DNA of 64,000 nt, taken from the NCBI RefSeq assembly GCF_054482595.1, contig NZ_CM137008.1. The stretch is one strand, 5' to 3'. A model generated the notes under the pieces. It was not told the origin of the DNA. It saw nothing but the letters and a program-made list of their open reading frames with translations, and made no database searches. A program made the translations under genes and the position numbers. Shown piece by piece: positions 20,959 to 32,640 of this stretch (the stretch's first letter is position 1; each line of letters starts with the position of its first letter).

Positions 20959-21861
20959 CTAACCACCCGTTTTCAGGCAATATTCCGTCGTAGCGTGGCG
21001 TTCGATCCAGCGGATCATTTTACCCGCGATGTCGATACCGGTGGTTTTTTCTATTCCTTCCAGTCCCGGCGACGCATTCACCTCCATCACCAATGGCCCG
21101 CGATTAGCACGCAAAATATCCACACCAGCAACGTCCAGCGCCATCGTTCGCGCGGCTTTTATCGCGATTTCACGCTCCTGTGGTGTGATACTGGCGACGC
21201 TTGCCGCGCCGCCACGATGCAAATTGGAACGAAAATCGCCCTCTTTCGCCCGCCGTTCAATCGCAGCGACCACTTCATCGCCAACAACCAGACAGCGGAT
21301 ATCGCACCCTTGCGCCTCTTTGATATATTCCTGCACCAGAATATGCGCGTTCAGACCGCGGAAAGCGTCAATCACGCTTTCCGCCGCCTGACGCGTCTCC
21401 GCCAGCACGACGCCAATTCCCTGCGTGCCTTCAACCAACTTGACCACCAGCGGCGCACCACCGACCATGTCGATTAAATCGCTGGTATCATCCGGCGAAT
21501 GCGCAATGCCCGTGACAGGCAGGTCGATGCCCTGACGCGCCAGCAGTTGCATGGAACGCAATTTGTCACGCGCCCGGGCAATGGCGACCGACTCATTGAG
21601 CGGATAGCTCCCCAGCATCTCGAACTGGCGCAGTGCCGCCGTCCCATAAAAGGTAATGGCGGTGCCAATACGCGGGATCACTGCGTCAAAATGGGGTAAC
21701 TTGCGGCCTTTGTAGTGAATAGAAGACGCCGCAGGATTTATGTTCATGTAGCAAGAAAGCGGATCAAGAATTTCAACCAGGTGACCGCGCTGTATAGCGG
21801 CTTCACGCAGCCGCTTACACGAATAGAGCGTTCCATCCCGGGACAATATGGCAATTTTCAC
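20959..21861 (-). CDS. rimK: Ribosomal protein S6 glutamate ligase (ATP-grasp)
   Basis: 300-aa ORF starting [18 protein letters not shown]; synteny. Confidence 0.9.
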   Translation of the reverse strand: MKIAILSRDGTLYSCKRLREAAIQRGHLVEILDPLSCYMNINPAASSIHYKGRKLPHFDAVIPRIGTAITFYGTAALRQFEMLGSYPLNESVAIARARDKLRSMQLLARQGIDLPVTGIAHSPDDTSDLIDMVGGAPLVVKLVEGTQGIGVVLAETRQAAESVIDAFRGLNAHILVQEYIKEAQGCDIRCLVVGDEVVAAIERRAKEGDFRSNLHRGGAASVASITPQEREIAIKAARTMALDVAGVDILRANRGPLVMEVNASPGLEGIEKTTGIDIAGKMIRWIERHATTEYCLKTGG

Positions 21862-21921
21862 CCTGCACCTCTCTGTCAGACCTGGTCAAAAGCCCGCGTA
21901 TCATACATCGACGTGGCGGTT

Positions 21922-22644
21922 TTAGCGCGTCGCCCAACCCTGTTTGTGCAAATAATCCAGAATAAATGGGCGGCTTTCTTTAATGATTGTTCGGCGGATA
22001 TGATCGCTCCAGGTATCCCGGCGATTATTGCTGCCACGGGTGAGGTAATATTCCGCCAGTTGCTCGTCATACTGCGCCAGTGCGTCTTTATCCAGCGGTT
22101 GATAGCTGTTTTCATGCACCAAAATGGAGGCCGGTAAACGCGGCTTGAGATCCGGATTATCCGCAGGCCAGCCAAGGCACAGCCCAAACAGCGGCAGAAC
22201 ATGCTGCGGTAATTTCAGCAGTTTCGTCACCGCTTCAATATTATTGCGCAGGCCGCCGATATATACGCCGCCCAATCCCAGCGATTCCGCTGCGGTTAAT
22301 GCATTCTGCGCCATCATTGCCGTATCAACGACACCGAGCAACAGCTGTTCCGCCAGGCCGAGCTGAGCATCCGGACAGATCTGTAAATGGCGGTTAAAGT
22401 CGGCACAGAACACCCAGAACTCCGCCGCTTGCGCTACGTGTTTTTGCCCGCCGGTCAGCGTCACCAGTTCTTCACGTAATGCTTTGTCGGTAATGCGAAT
22501 AATGCTACTACACTGCAAAAAACTGGAACTGGACGTCGCACGGGCGCTGTTAATAATCGCCTCACGCTGCGCTTCGGAAATGGGTTCATCAGTGAAATGG
22601 CGAATGGAGCGATGGCCACAAATAAGTTCAATGGTTGGCGTCAT
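21922..22644 (-). CDS. nfsA: Oxygen-insensitive NADPH nitroreductase
   Basis: 240-aa ORF starting MTPTIELICGHRSIRHF; synteny. Confidence 0.9.
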   Translation of the reverse strand: MTPTIELICGHRSIRHFTDEPISEAQREAIINSARATSSSSFLQCSSIIRITDKALREELVTLTGGQKHVAQAAEFWVFCADFNRHLQICPDAQLGLAEQLLLGVVDTAMMAQNALTAAESLGLGGVYIGGLRNNIEAVTKLLKLPQHVLPLFGLCLGWPADNPDLKPRLPASILVHENSYQPLDKDALAQYDEQLAEYYLTRGSNNRRDTWSDHIRRTIIKESRPFILDYLHKQGWATR

Positions 22645-22897
22645 TATCTTTTTCTCTTTCTGAACGTGAATATTGCGGTGGACGGTTCATCAGCTGTGGG
22701 GCAAGACGTTTTGCCACCTGAAGAATAACCACCACCGCAGCGGGAAGCATGAGCAAAACACCGAGAAAAATCATCAGAATCTGCACTTCTGGCCGAGAAA
22801 ATGGCTCAGGCAGCGACAGCAGCGCCACCGCCAGCAACATCATTCCGATAAATTCCAGTATCAACACGCTTTTAGGCAATTTACCGATCGCGCGCAT
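22628..22897 (-). CDS. ybjC: Small membrane protein YbjC
   Basis: 89-aa hydrophobic ORF overlapping nfsA start; ybjC-nfsA-rimK-ybjN arrangement. Confidence 0.75.
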   Translation of the reverse strand: MRAIGKLPKSVLILEFIGMMLLAVALLSLPEPFSRPEVQILMIFLGVLLMLPAAVVVILQVAKRLAPQLMNRPPQYSRSEREKDNDANH

Positions 22898-23056
22898 ACG
22901 CTTCCCTCTGCAAAGTGAGCCTTCAGTCTAAAACTTTTCACTGTATTGTGTTTAACAGTTATAGCTTTTAGCAATTAATGCAACAGGTTAAACCTACTTT
23001 CAGCGAATACATTTTAGCGTGATCATTACAGGCATAAATCTATGAGGAGAGAAATA

Positions 23057-23314
23057 ATGCAAACCGTTATTTTTGGTCGTCCGGGTTGCCCTTACTGTGT
23101 GCGTGCAAAAGATCTGGCTGAGAAATTGAGCAATGAACGCGATGATTTTCAGTATCAGTATGTAGATATTCGTGCGGAAGGGATCACTAAAGAAGATCTA
23201 CAACAAAAGGCAGGTAAACCCGTAGAAACCGTGCCGCAGATTTTTGTCGATCAGCAACATATCGGCGGCTATACCGATTTTGCTGCATGGGTGAAAGAAA
23301 ATCTGGACGCCTGA
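23057..23314 (+). CDS. grxA: Glutaredoxin 1
   Basis: ORF 23042..23314; start at MQTVIFGRPGCPYC (CPYC active site) gives 85 aa. Confidence 0.9.
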   Translation: MQTVIFGRPGCPYCVRAKDLAEKLSNERDDFQYQYVDIRAEGITKEDLQQKAGKPVETVPQIFVDQQHIGGYTDFAAWVKENLDA

Positions 23315-23323
23315 TCGTCTGAC

Positions 23324-23350
23324 AAGCCCTCGCGTTGAGGGCTTTACTGA
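23324..23350. terminator. Bidirectional terminator between grxA and ybjM
   Basis: aagccctcgcgttgagggctt hairpin followed by T-run. Confidence 0.65.
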
Positions 23351-23721
23351 TTTTTTCTGTGCTGTGGTTTAAACAAACTACTGATAAATAAGAAACACAG
23401 TGCCCCCAGCGCACACCAGAACACCGCGCTTAGTAACCATGCCAGCTCTTGCCAGAATGAGCGGGTCGGTGAAAAAAACAGCCGCATAATAAGCATTGAA
23501 CAGGGTGCCGCCAGCATTGCGCCAAATAGAGGTTTCAGGACTTCTCTACGCTGTGAAAAGAAACTGGCAACTGCTCCAGGAAGAATGAAAAACAGCAAGC
23601 CGATTTCAGGATGCCCGGCAGCCCGAAAAGCGCCTTTCATGTGCGTCGCCAGAAAAAGGCACACCACAATGAAGAGGACAAAACAGCAGATTGCCCCCGC
23701 CCAACGTTGTTTATGTTTCAC
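23344..23721 (-). CDS. ybjM: Inner membrane protein YbjM
   Basis: 125-aa hydrophobic ORF; synteny. Confidence 0.8.
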   Translation of the reverse strand: MKHKQRWAGAICCFVLFIVVCLFLATHMKGAFRAAGHPEIGLLFFILPGAVASFFSQRREVLKPLFGAMLAAPCSMLIMRLFFSPTRSFWQELAWLLSAVFWCALGALCFLFISSLFKPQHRKNQ

Positions 23722-23990
23722 TCGTTCCTCCTGACACTGCGTCTATCGAACACATTTTTCGCCAGTGTGGCGTTCAGTAAGATAAAGCCGCTTCGCATTC
23801 CATGCTAATATAGGCCAACGCAATTCATATAGCCGTTGATACCTAATGTGATTACACTAGTAAAATATATTGTTACTTTACTATCGTTTAGGTGCGCTGA
23901 ATGAATCTGCGCCCTGAATTCTGGTAAAAAACATTATCGTAAATTACCATTTCTTTCAACAGCTTACTAGTAAACAAGAAGTTAGCCTCC

Positions 23991-25676
23991 GTGAATATAA
24001 ACGTCGCCGAATTGTTAAATGGGAATTACATTCTGTTATTATTTGTGGTCCTCGCGCTTGGGCTATGTCTCGGAAAGTTACGACTTGGTTCGATCCAACT
24101 GGGTAATTCCATTGGCGTTTTAGTCGTATCGCTGTTATTAGGCCAACAACATTTCAGCATTAACACCGATGCGCTTAATCTTGGCTTTATGCTGTTTATT
24201 TTCTGCGTCGGGGTCGAAGCCGGACCGAACTTTTTTTCCATTTTTTTTCGCGATGGGAAAAATTACCTAATGTTAGCACTGGTGATGGTTGGCAGTGCGC
24301 TGGTGATCGCCTTAGGGTTAGGTAAGCTGTTTGGCTGGGATATTGGCCTGACGGCCGGTATGTTAGCAGGCTCTATGACGTCGACACCGGTTCTGGTCGG
24401 TGCTGGCGATACACTGCGTCATTCCGGCATGGAAAGCAGGCAGCTCTCACTGGCACTGGATAATCTGAGCCTCGGATATGCCTTAACCTATTTAATCGGT
24501 CTGGTGAGTTTGATTGTTGGTGCGCGTTACTTGCCGAAATTGCAGCATCAGGACTTACAGACCAGCGCCCAGCAAATCGCCCGCGAACGTGGCCTGGACA
24601 CTGATGCCAACCGTAAGGTTTATTTACCGGTGATCCGCGCCTATCGCGTCGGCCCGGAGCTGGTGGCCTGGACCGACGGCAAAAATCTGCGTGAACTGGG
24701 TATTTATCGACAAACCGGCTGCTACATTGAACGTATTCGACGTAACGGGATTCTGGCAAATCCAGACGGTGATGCCGTGCTACAAATGGGCGATGAAATA
24801 GCGTTGGTAGGCTATCCCGACGCCCATGCCCGACTCGATCCCAGCTTCCGTAACGGCAAAGAAGTTTTCGATCGTGACCTTCTCGACATGCGTATCGTCA
24901 CTGAAGAAGTGGTCGTTAAAAACCATAACGCCGTTGGCAAACGTCTCGCACAACTGAAGTTGACCGATCACGGTTGCTTCCTTAACCGCGTTATTCGTAG
25001 CCAGATTGAGATGCCGATAGATGACAACGTCGTGCTTAACAAAGGTGACGTTTTACAAGTCAGCGGCGATGCCCGCCGCGTAAAAACCATCGCCGATCGC
25101 ATCGGCTTTATCTCGATTCACAGCCAGGTCACTGACTTGCTGGCATTCTGCGCCTTCTTTGTTATTGGGCTGATGATCGGGATGATCACATTCCAGTTCA
25201 GCACATTCAGTTTCGGCATGGGGAACGCTGCCGGGTTGTTATTCGCCGGAATTATGCTGGGCTTTATGCGTGCTAACCACCCGACCTTCGGTTACATTCC
25301 GCAGGGTGCATTAAGCATGGTGAAAGAGTTCGGCTTAATGGTGTTTATGGCAGGCGTTGGTCTGAGCGCCGGTAGCGGTATTAATAACGGTCTGGGCGCG
25401 ATTGGCGGTCAGATGTTGATTGCCGGATTGATTGTCAGTCTTGTGCCCGTGGTTATCTGTTTCTTGTTCGGTGCTTATGTATTGCGAATGAACCGCGCAC
25501 TGTTGTTCGGCGCAATGATGGGCGCACGCACCTGCGCGCCGGCAATGGAGATCATCAGTGATACAGCTCGCAGTAACATCCCGGCGCTGGGCTATGCGGG
25601 CACCTACGCAATCGCCAACGTCCTGCTGACGCTGGCAGGGACAATCATCGTCATGGTATGGCCAGGATTAGGATAA
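23991..25676 (+). CDS. ybjL: Putative transporter YbjL (AAE family, two TrkA-C domains)
   Basis: 561-aa polytopic ORF; synteny. Confidence 0.9.
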
Positions 25677-25717
25677 AACTGAAGTTGCCCTGAAAATGAA
25701 ATTTTTTTGCACAACCG

Positions 25718-25750
25718 CAGAACTTTTCCGCAGGGCATCAGTCTTAATTA
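25718..25750 (+). promoter_or_regulatory. Candidate sigma-E promoter of rybB
   Basis: GAACTT (-35, 25720..25725) and GTCTTA (-10, 25741..25746) ending about 7 nt upstream of the rybB 5' end. Confidence 0.5.
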
Positions 25751-25752
25751 GT

Positions 25753-25831
25753 GCCACTGCTTTTCTTTGATGTCCCCATTTTGTGGAGCCCATCAACCCC
25801 GCCATTTCGGTTCAAGGTTGGTGGGTTTTTT
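25753..25831 (+). ncRNA. rybB: RybB small RNA (sigma-E-dependent, Hfq-binding)
   Basis: Matches the RybB sequence as I recall it (GCCACTGCTTTTCTTTGATGTCCCC...) ending in a GC-stem plus T-run intrinsic terminator; lies downstream of ybjL as in K-12. Confidence 0.85.
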
Positions 25832-26008
25832 GTTATCTAAATCCCCAAAATCTCCATTCTCTCCCCTGTCCAAAGCCTTATCTGACTGTCCTCTCTTCCA
25901 GAAAATCATTCTTTTTCGTACAAAGAACAAATAGTTATTGAGAAGCTTATTTAAAAACCTGAACAAAATCGGTAATATTCCTGGCTTTGCAATACACAGA
26001 TTTTTTAT

Positions 26009-26560
26009 ATGGATATTAACGAGCTAAAAGAGTGCCTTCATCTGGAAGTCATTGGTAAAAGTAGGAAATTCACATGGCGTAAAGTCATTGTAAGGGCGAT
26101 GAAACATCGGCGCGTTCGTTACTTATTCTGGTGGCGTATCGCTAAATACGGCCATGAGAAAGGTGGTTACTGGCGGAAAATTGCTGGCAAAATTGAGCGA
26201 AAAATCCTTGATAGTTATGACGTTAAAATCCCATTAGTCGTTGATATAGGCAAAGGGTTGGATATTTCATACTTAACGGGAGTTGTTATCGGTCATAACG
26301 TAAAAATTGGTGAGAATTGTTCCATCAAACCCGGCGTAACCATCGGCCTACGTGGCCATTTTGACGAAATGGATATACAGATTGGCAACAATGTCACCAT
26401 TGGTTGCAACGCCTCCATTCTGGGCGGCAAAGTCTATATTGGAGATAACGTCACGATAGGTGCACATGCATTGGTTTTGCATGATATCCCAGAAAACTCC
26501 ATTTTTATCAATAAAATAGAATACGAGATTATCCCGAAAAAAGTTATAGCCGAAATGTGA
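26009..26560 (+). CDS. Hexapeptide-repeat (LbH) O-acetyltransferase, WcaB/WbbJ/CysE-like; strain-specific
   Basis: 183-aa ORF with tandem [LIV]-G-x-x-x-x hexapeptide repeats (VVIGHNVKIGENCSIKPGVTIG...); AT-rich; absent from K-12 rybB-rcdA region. Confidence 0.75.
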   Translation: MDINELKECLHLEVIGKSRKFTWRKVIVRAMKHRRVRYLFWWRIAKYGHEKGGYWRKIAGKIERKILDSYDVKIPLVVDIGKGLDISYLTGVVIGHNVKIGENCSIKPGVTIGLRGHFDEMDIQIGNNVTIGCNASILGGKVYIGDNVTIGAHALVLHDIPENSIFINKIEYEIIPKKVIAEM

Positions 26561-26619
26561 TCGCCAGTGAGATGATTAGCGCTATCGAGGGAGGTGTTGC
26601 GTCTTATCGACCTCTGTAG

Positions 26620-27156
26620 CTACCCAGCAACCCTCTCAACCATCCTCAAAATCTCCTCGCGCGATAGCGGCTTACGGTCGGTGACAAAATGCAGCGTCAT
26701 CCCCTCAATAAACGCATCAAGCGCGCGGGCGGTTCCGGGTTCAAACCATTGTTCGAGCGTTTGCTGACTGCGCTGCATCCAGTTTTGCATTACCGTTTTT
26801 AATAGCGGTTTTCGGCTAGCCAGCGCGTAGAGCTGGTACATCAGCTCCATGTTATCCGGCGTTGCCACCTGTGAGCTGTAGATCATATCGGTGATAGCCT
26901 GGCATGCGCCTTGAGCATCACTAACATCGCTAAAAAATGCCTGATATTGCCGGGACATGATCTCAGTAAAACTGCTGAACGCCTCCAGCAACAACTCATC
27001 AATTCCTGAAAAATAGTAGGTCATCGATCCCAACGGTACCCCGGCAAGGGTAGCAATTTTGCGGTGCGTAACAGCATGTATTCCGTAAAGTTTCACCGCC
27101 TCCAGCGTGGCCTGGATAATTTTTTCTCGCCGTTGCGGATCGTTAGCGCGACGCAT
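26620..27156 (-). CDS. rcdA: TetR-family transcriptional regulator RcdA
   Basis: ORF 26620..27186; start at [15 protein letters not shown] gives 178 aa; TetR helix-turn-helix. Confidence 0.85.
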   Translation of the reverse strand: MRRANDPQRREKIIQATLEAVKLYGIHAVTHRKIATLAGVPLGSMTYYFSGIDELLLEAFSSFTEIMSRQYQAFFSDVSDAQGACQAITDMIYSSQVATPDNMELMYQLYALASRKPLLKTVMQNWMQRSQQTLEQWFEPGTARALDAFIEGMTLHFVTDRKPLSREEILRMVERVAG

Positions 27157-27239
27157 GTCATTTCCTCTGTCTGCAATTGTGTACAAATGTACACAACCTT
27201 GCTAATGTTGTCTTCCCTCTTCTTATTTTGACGTGATCT

Positions 27240-28448
27240 ATGACCGTAAATTCTTCACGTAATGCATTGAAACGCCGAACCTGGGCGCTGTTTATGTTCT
27301 TCTTTTTGCCGGGCCTGTTAATGGCGTCCTGGGCAACCCGTACGCCTGCTATCCGCGATATTCTCTCTGTCTCGATCGCTGAAATGGGCGGTGTTCTCTT
27401 TGGTCTGTCGATCGGTTCGATGAGCGGTATTCTCTGCTCGGCGTGGTTAGTGAAACGCTTTGGGACACGTAATGTCATCCTGGTCACCATGTCCTGCGCA
27501 TTGGTCGGGATGATGATATTAAGTCTGGCACTCTGGCTGACATCGCCCCTGCTCTTTGCCGTTGGTCTCGGCGTCTTTGGGGCAAGTTTTGGTTCTGCGG
27601 AAGTGGCGATAAACGTTGAAGGTGCCGCCGTTGAGCGAGAAATGAATAAAACGGTTTTGCCGATGATGCACGGTTTTTATAGCCTGGGCACGCTGGCAGG
27701 CGCTGGTGTCGGGATGGCACTGACGGCCTTTGGCGTTCCGGCAACGGTGCACATTTTATTGGCGGCGCTGGTGGGCATCGCGCCTATATATATCGCCATT
27801 CAGGCAATCCCTGACGGTACGGGCAAAAATGCTGCCGATGGCACCCAGCATGGCGAAAAAGGCGTACCTTTTTATCGCGATATCCAGTTGCTGCTGATTG
27901 GTGTTGTGGTGCTGGCGATGGCCTTTGCCGAAGGTTCTGCCAACGACTGGTTACCCTTATTAATGGTTGACGGTCACGGTTTTAGCCCCACTTCCGGCTC
28001 GCTGATTTATGCCGGTTTTACCCTGGGGATGACCGTTGGACGCTTCACTGGCGGTTGGTTCATCGACCGTTACAGTCGCGTTGCCGTGGTTCGGGCCAGT
28101 GCGCTAATGGGGGCGTTGGGTATTGGGCTGATTATTTTTGTCGATAGCGCCTGGGTCGCTGGGGTGTCTGTTGTACTCTGGGGACTGGGTGCCTCGCTGG
28201 GCTTCCCGCTGACCATTTCTGCTGCCAGCGATACCGGCCCCGATGCACCAACCCGCGTCAGTGTGGTAGCAACGACCGGTTATCTGGCTTTCCTCGTCGG
28301 GCCGCCGCTGCTGGGCTATCTCGGCGAACATTATGGATTACGTAGTGCAATGCTGGTTGTACTGGCGCTGGTTATTCTCGCGGCTATTGTCGCGAAAGCC
28401 GTCGCCAAACCCGATACCAAAACGCAGACGGCGATGGAGAATAGTTGA
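27240..28448 (+). CDS. ybjJ: MFS transporter YbjJ
   Basis: 402-aa polytopic ORF; synteny. Confidence 0.85.
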   Translation: MTVNSSRNALKRRTWALFMFFFLPGLLMASWATRTPAIRDILSVSIAEMGGVLFGLSIGSMSGILCSAWLVKRFGTRNVILVTMSCALVGMMILSLALWLTSPLLFAVGLGVFGASFGSAEVAINVEGAAVEREMNKTVLPMMHGFYSLGTLAGAGVGMALTAFGVPATVHILLAALVGIAPIYIAIQAIPDGTGKNAADGTQHGEKGVPFYRDIQLLLIGVVVLAMAFAEGSANDWLPLLMVDGHGFSPTSGSLIYAGFTLGMTVGRFTGGWFIDRYSRVAVVRASALMGALGIGLIIFVDSAWVAGVSVVLWGLGASLGFPLTISAASDTGPDAPTRVSVVATTGYLAFLVGPPLLGYLGEHYGLRSAMLVVLALVILAAIVAKAVAKPDTKTQTAMENS

Positions 28449-29260
28449 TGAGCATTAAATTAATTGCGGTAGACATGGATGGTACTTTCTTAAGCGATCA
28501 AAAAACCTATAACCGTGAGCGGTTTATGGCTCAGTATCAGCAAATGAAAGCACAAGGCATTCGCTTTGTGGTCGCCAGCGGGAATCAATATTATCAGTTG
28601 ATCTCTTTCTTCCCTGAAATTGCTAATGAAATTGCCTTTGTGGCTGAAAACGGCGGCTGGGTAGTGAGTGAAGGCAAAGATGTTTTTAATGGCGAGCTGT
28701 CGAAGGATGCGTTTACTACTGTCGTGGAACATTTGCTGACGCGCCCGGAAGTGGAAATTATTGCCTGCGGAATAAATAGCGCCTATACGCTCAAAAAATA
28801 TGACGATGCCATGAAAACGGTGGCGGAAATGTATTATCACCGTCTGGAATACGTCGATAACTTTGACAACTTAGAAGATATCTTCTTTAAGTTTGGCCTG
28901 AATCTTTCCGATGAACTAATTCCACAAGTACAAAAAGCATTACATGAGGCCATCGGCGATATTATGGTGCCGGTCCACACCGGCAACGGCAGTATCGATC
29001 TGATTATCCCCGGCGTACATAAAGCCAATGGCCTTCGCCAACTGCAGAAATTATGGGGAATAGACGACAGCGAAGTGGTGGTCTTTGGCGATGGCGGTAA
29101 CGATATTGAGATGCTGCGTCAGGCAGGCTTTAGTTTTGCAATGGAAAATGCCGGCAGCGCGGTCGTCGCAGCGGCAAAATACCGCGCAGGCTCCAATAAC
29201 CGTGAAGGCGTACTGGATGTGATCGATAAAGTGCTTAAACACGAAGCGCCATTTAACTAA
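28445..29260 (+). CDS. ybjI: HAD-family (Cof-type) sugar phosphatase
   Basis: 271-aa ORF with DMDGTF motif; 4-nt overlap with ybjJ. Confidence 0.85.
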   Translation: MMSIKLIAVDMDGTFLSDQKTYNRERFMAQYQQMKAQGIRFVVASGNQYYQLISFFPEIANEIAFVAENGGWVVSEGKDVFNGELSKDAFTTVVEHLLTRPEVEIIACGINSAYTLKKYDDAMKTVAEMYYHRLEYVDNFDNLEDIFFKFGLNLSDELIPQVQKALHEAIGDIMVPVHTGNGSIDLIIPGVHKANGLRQLQKLWGIDDSEVVVFGDGGNDIEMLRQAGFSFAMENAGSAVVAAAKYRAGSNNREGVLDVIDKVLKHEAPFN

Positions 29261-29347
29261 TAAAACGGCAGCACGCCCGGCAACACAATACCTGAATGAA
29301 GGCTGCATAATTCGCGGAAATTAACCCGCTGCATTATTTCAGGCGAA

Positions 29348-29632
29348 ATGTTTATGAAAAATTGTCTACTGTTGGGCGCGCTTTTAATGGGCTTTACTGG
29401 TGTGGCGATGGCGCAAAGTGTCACCGTCGATGTGCCGAGTGGATACAAAGTGGTTGTGGTTCCTGATTCAGTCAGCGTTCCACAAGCGGTCAGCGTAGCG
29501 ACTGTGCCGCAAACCGTCTATGTGGCTCCTGCGCCAGCTCCGGCTTACCGCCCGCATCCTTATGTTCGCCATCTTGCCAGCGTAGGTGAAGGGATGGTTA
29601 TCGAACACCAGATTGACGACCATCACCATTAA
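29348..29632 (+). CDS. ybjH: Secreted small protein YbjH
   Basis: 94-aa ORF with signal peptide; synteny. Confidence 0.75.
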   Translation: MFMKNCLLLGALLMGFTGVAMAQSVTVDVPSGYKVVVVPDSVSVPQAVSVATVPQTVYVAPAPAPAYRPHPYVRHLASVGEGMVIEHQIDDHHH

Positions 29633-29638
29633 TTCGAG

Positions 29639-29676
29639 AATGCCTGATCGCACAAAGCAATCAGGCATTTTTTTAC
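29639..29676. terminator. Bidirectional terminator between ybjH and mdfA
   Basis: aatgcctgatcg...caatcaggcatt hairpin followed by TTTTTTT. Confidence 0.7.
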
Positions 29677-30905
29677 CCTTCGTGAGAATTTCCCATCTGT
29701 TTATCTTTTAAAAAGATAACCATCAGCGACAGCCACAAAATTCCGTTGACAAGGTTGAAGAGATTAAACAGTCCGTTGCCCCCGTTCAGCCAGGCATGTT
29801 TGCTGATTTCAATACCGACAGTAAAGATCAGCATTTGCAGCATTCCCATCGCCGCAGAAACCGTACCTTTACTCATATCGCTGGCAAACAGGGTTAATCG
29901 CACCAGTCCCGCATTCGCCAGACCAATACCGAAAGCATAAATACTTAACCCGGCAGTCATCCATAAATACGCGTGCGATGAGATAACCGTTGCCGCAGCA
30001 GCGACCAACAGACCAATCATAATCGGCCAGCCGCCCATAATAATCAGCGAACGTACGGTGCGGCGCGAGGTCAGACGCGCTAACAGCAAGTTACCCGCAA
30101 TTAACGCCCCGAAAATAGGCACTTGCAGCAAACCATATTCATAGCTGCTCAACTGCTCGCCGGTAATGATGATAATCGGCGACTGGGCGATCCACGCCAG
30201 CAACGGCAGGCTAACGAATCCCAGCGCCAGCGCCCCCGCCACAAAGCGACCGTTCTTCAGCACCAGCTTATAGTCACGACCGAGTTCTTTCAGCGACAGT
30301 TTCTCGCCTATACGCGTGGCGGTTTCAGGCATGGCTCGTTGCAGACCGAAAAAGGAGATCGCTGCCAATGCGGCAAACAAGATAAACATCCCTTCCCAGG
30401 GCAGCACATGGATCCACGCCGCGCCCACCAGTGGACCAAGTAGCGGAGCAATCAGCGCCACGTTCGCCATCAGCGCGGTGATCTTGATACAAACCGCCTC
30501 TTCGAAGGATTCCTGAATTGCGGCGTATCCCACAGCGCCAATGAAACAGAGGCTTATGCCCTGCAAGAAGCGCAACAGGGTGAATTGTTCAATGTTTTGC
30601 GCCAGTAATATTGCCAGACAGGTGACAATAAACCACACCACACCCGCCAGCATCACCGGACGGCGACCAATACGATCCGACAACGGCCCCAGAAGCCATT
30701 GTAAAAACATCCCGCCCGCCAGATATGCGGTCATCGAAGTAGGAACCCAATCAATGCCCGCCTGATATTGTTCCACCACGGCCAACATACCGGGTTGAAT
30801 CATATCGTTGCCGATATAGGTTGAAAATTCGTAAAGCACCAGACAGAGAGGGAAAAGTAACGCCTGACGTCCAAGCCTGGCACCGGAAGCTAATTTATTT
30901 TGCAT
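29673..30905 (-). CDS. mdfA: Multidrug efflux MFS transporter MdfA (Cmr)
   Basis: ORF 29673..30935; start at [30 protein letters not shown] gives 410 aa. Confidence 0.9.
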   Translation of the reverse strand: MQNKLASGARLGRQALLFPLCLVLYEFSTYIGNDMIQPGMLAVVEQYQAGIDWVPTSMTAYLAGGMFLQWLLGPLSDRIGRRPVMLAGVVWFIVTCLAILLAQNIEQFTLLRFLQGISLCFIGAVGYAAIQESFEEAVCIKITALMANVALIAPLLGPLVGAAWIHVLPWEGMFILFAALAAISFFGLQRAMPETATRIGEKLSLKELGRDYKLVLKNGRFVAGALALGFVSLPLLAWIAQSPIIIITGEQLSSYEYGLLQVPIFGALIAGNLLLARLTSRRTVRSLIIMGGWPIMIGLLVAAAATVISSHAYLWMTAGLSIYAFGIGLANAGLVRLTLFASDMSKGTVSAAMGMLQMLIFTVGIEISKHAWLNGGNGLFNLFNLVNGILWLSLMVIFLKDKQMGNSHEG

Positions 30906-31189
30906 GCAATTTCTTCGCCAATAATAATCGCGCAAAGTTTAATAAAAGCGCAGCTAACGAGAAAGCGAATTTTGTAGCTGAAACCGCGGTTAAGCACATT
31001 ATTACATTATTGCGAGTATAGCTACGCTTTCTTTAAGTTTTATTTAACCTATGCCCGTTACAATCACCCACCGTAAACAGGCCGCTTGAGGGAAATAAGA
31101 CGATGCCGCTTTACCCAGTTTAACCTGCACTTTATTCTCAACGACTTGCCTGTATTGGCTCCCTTTTAATCACTTTGCGTCGGGAAGTT

Positions 31190-31786
31190 ATGCTGGAAAA
31201 TTTGAATCTCTCTCTATTCTCTCTTATTAACGCGACGCCAGACTCGGCTCCGTGGATGATCTCGTTGGCGATTTTTATTGCTAAAGATTTGATTACCGTG
31301 GTGCCGTTGCTGGCCGCGGTACTTTGGTTGTGGGGGCTTACAGCACAACGGCAACTGGTGATAAAAATCGCTATCGCGCTGGCGGTCAGCCTGTTTGTGT
31401 CCTGGACGATGGGACATCTTTTTCCGCACGACCGACCATTTGTCGAAAATATCGGCTATAACTTCCTGCATCATGCGGCGGATGACTCATTCCCGAGCGA
31501 TCACGGTACGGTGATTTTCACCTTTGCACTGGCATTTTTATGCTGGCATCGCCTGTGGTCCGGCTCACTTTTAATGGTGCTGGCCGTCGTCATTGCCTGG
31601 TCGCGCGTTTATCTTGGCGTCCACTGGCCGCTGGATATGCTCGGTGGATTGCTGGCAGGTATGATTGGCTGCCTTAGTGCCCAGATTATCTGGCAAGCGA
31701 TGGGGCATAAACTCTATCAACGTCTGCAATCGTGGTATCGCGTCTGTTTTGCATTACCGATCCGCAAAGGCTGGGTGCGTGACTGA
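31190..31786 (+). CDS. ybjG: Undecaprenyl-pyrophosphate phosphatase (PAP2 family)
   Basis: ORF 31175..31786; start at MLENLNLSLF gives 198 aa; PAP2 motifs PSDHGT and SRVYLGVHWPLD. Confidence 0.85.
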   Translation: MLENLNLSLFSLINATPDSAPWMISLAIFIAKDLITVVPLLAAVLWLWGLTAQRQLVIKIAIALAVSLFVSWTMGHLFPHDRPFVENIGYNFLHHAADDSFPSDHGTVIFTFALAFLCWHRLWSGSLLMVLAVVIAWSRVYLGVHWPLDMLGGLLAGMIGCLSAQIIWQAMGHKLYQRLQSWYRVCFALPIRKGWVRD

Positions 31787-31843
31787 TCTCTGCTAAAAAG
31801 TGTAGTATTGAGCGGCTCGCTTCAATAACTATTCAGAGGGATT

Positions 31844-32602
31844 ATGGAAACACGTCGCGAAGAGCGTATCGGGCAGCTGCTGCAAGAATTAAAACGCAGC
31901 GATAAGTTACATCTTAAAGACGCCGCCGCGCTGCTTGGGGTTTCGGAGATGACGATTCGTCGCGATCTGAACAACCACAGTGCGCCCGTCGTTTTGCTCG
32001 GCGGCTATATTGTTCTGGAACCGCGCAGTGCCAGCCATTACCTGTTAAGCGATCAAAAATCCCGCCTTGTGGAAGAAAAACGCCGGGCGGCAAAACTGGC
32101 TGCGACGCTGGTAGAACCCGATCAGACCCTCTTTTTTGACTGTGGCACCACCACGCCGTGGATTATTGAAGCGATTGATAATGAAATACCTTTCACCGCC
32201 GTTTGTTATTCGCTAAATACCTTTCTGGCGCTGAAAGAGAAACCCCATTGCCGCGCGTTTCTTTGCGGTGGTGAATTTCACGCCAGCAACGCCATTTTCA
32301 AACCCATCGATTTTCAGCAAACGCTGAATAATTTTTGCCCGGATATCGCTTTTTATTCTGCGGCGGGAGTGCATGTCAGTAAAGGCGCTACCTGTTTTAA
32401 TCTTGAAGAGTTGCCGGTAAAACACTGGGCCATGTCGATGGCGCAAAAGCATGTGCTGGTTGTCGACCACAGTAAATTTGGCAAGGTGCGTCCGGCGCGC
32501 ATGGGTGACCTGAAACGCTTTGATATTGTGGTGAGCGATTGTTGCCCGGAAGATGAGTATGTGAAGTACGCGCAGACGCAGCGTATTAAGTTGATGTATT
32601 AA
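31844..32602 (+). CDS. deoR: Deoxyribose operon repressor
   Basis: 252-aa ORF starting METRREERIGQLLQELKRSDKLHLKDAAALLGVSEMTIRRDL. Confidence 0.9.
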   Translation: METRREERIGQLLQELKRSDKLHLKDAAALLGVSEMTIRRDLNNHSAPVVLLGGYIVLEPRSASHYLLSDQKSRLVEEKRRAAKLAATLVEPDQTLFFDCGTTTPWIIEAIDNEIPFTAVCYSLNTFLALKEKPHCRAFLCGGEFHASNAIFKPIDFQQTLNNFCPDIAFYSAAGVHVSKGATCFNLEELPVKHWAMSMAQKHVLVVDHSKFGKVRPARMGDLKRFDIVVSDCCPEDEYVKYAQTQRIKLMY

Positions 32603-32608
32603 TGACGT

Positions 32609-32640
32609 ATAACCGGATGACGTTTCGCGCCATCCGGTTA
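32609..32640. terminator. Bidirectional terminator between deoR and dacC
   Basis: ataaccggatg-acgtttcgcgc-catccggttat hairpin. Confidence 0.55.
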
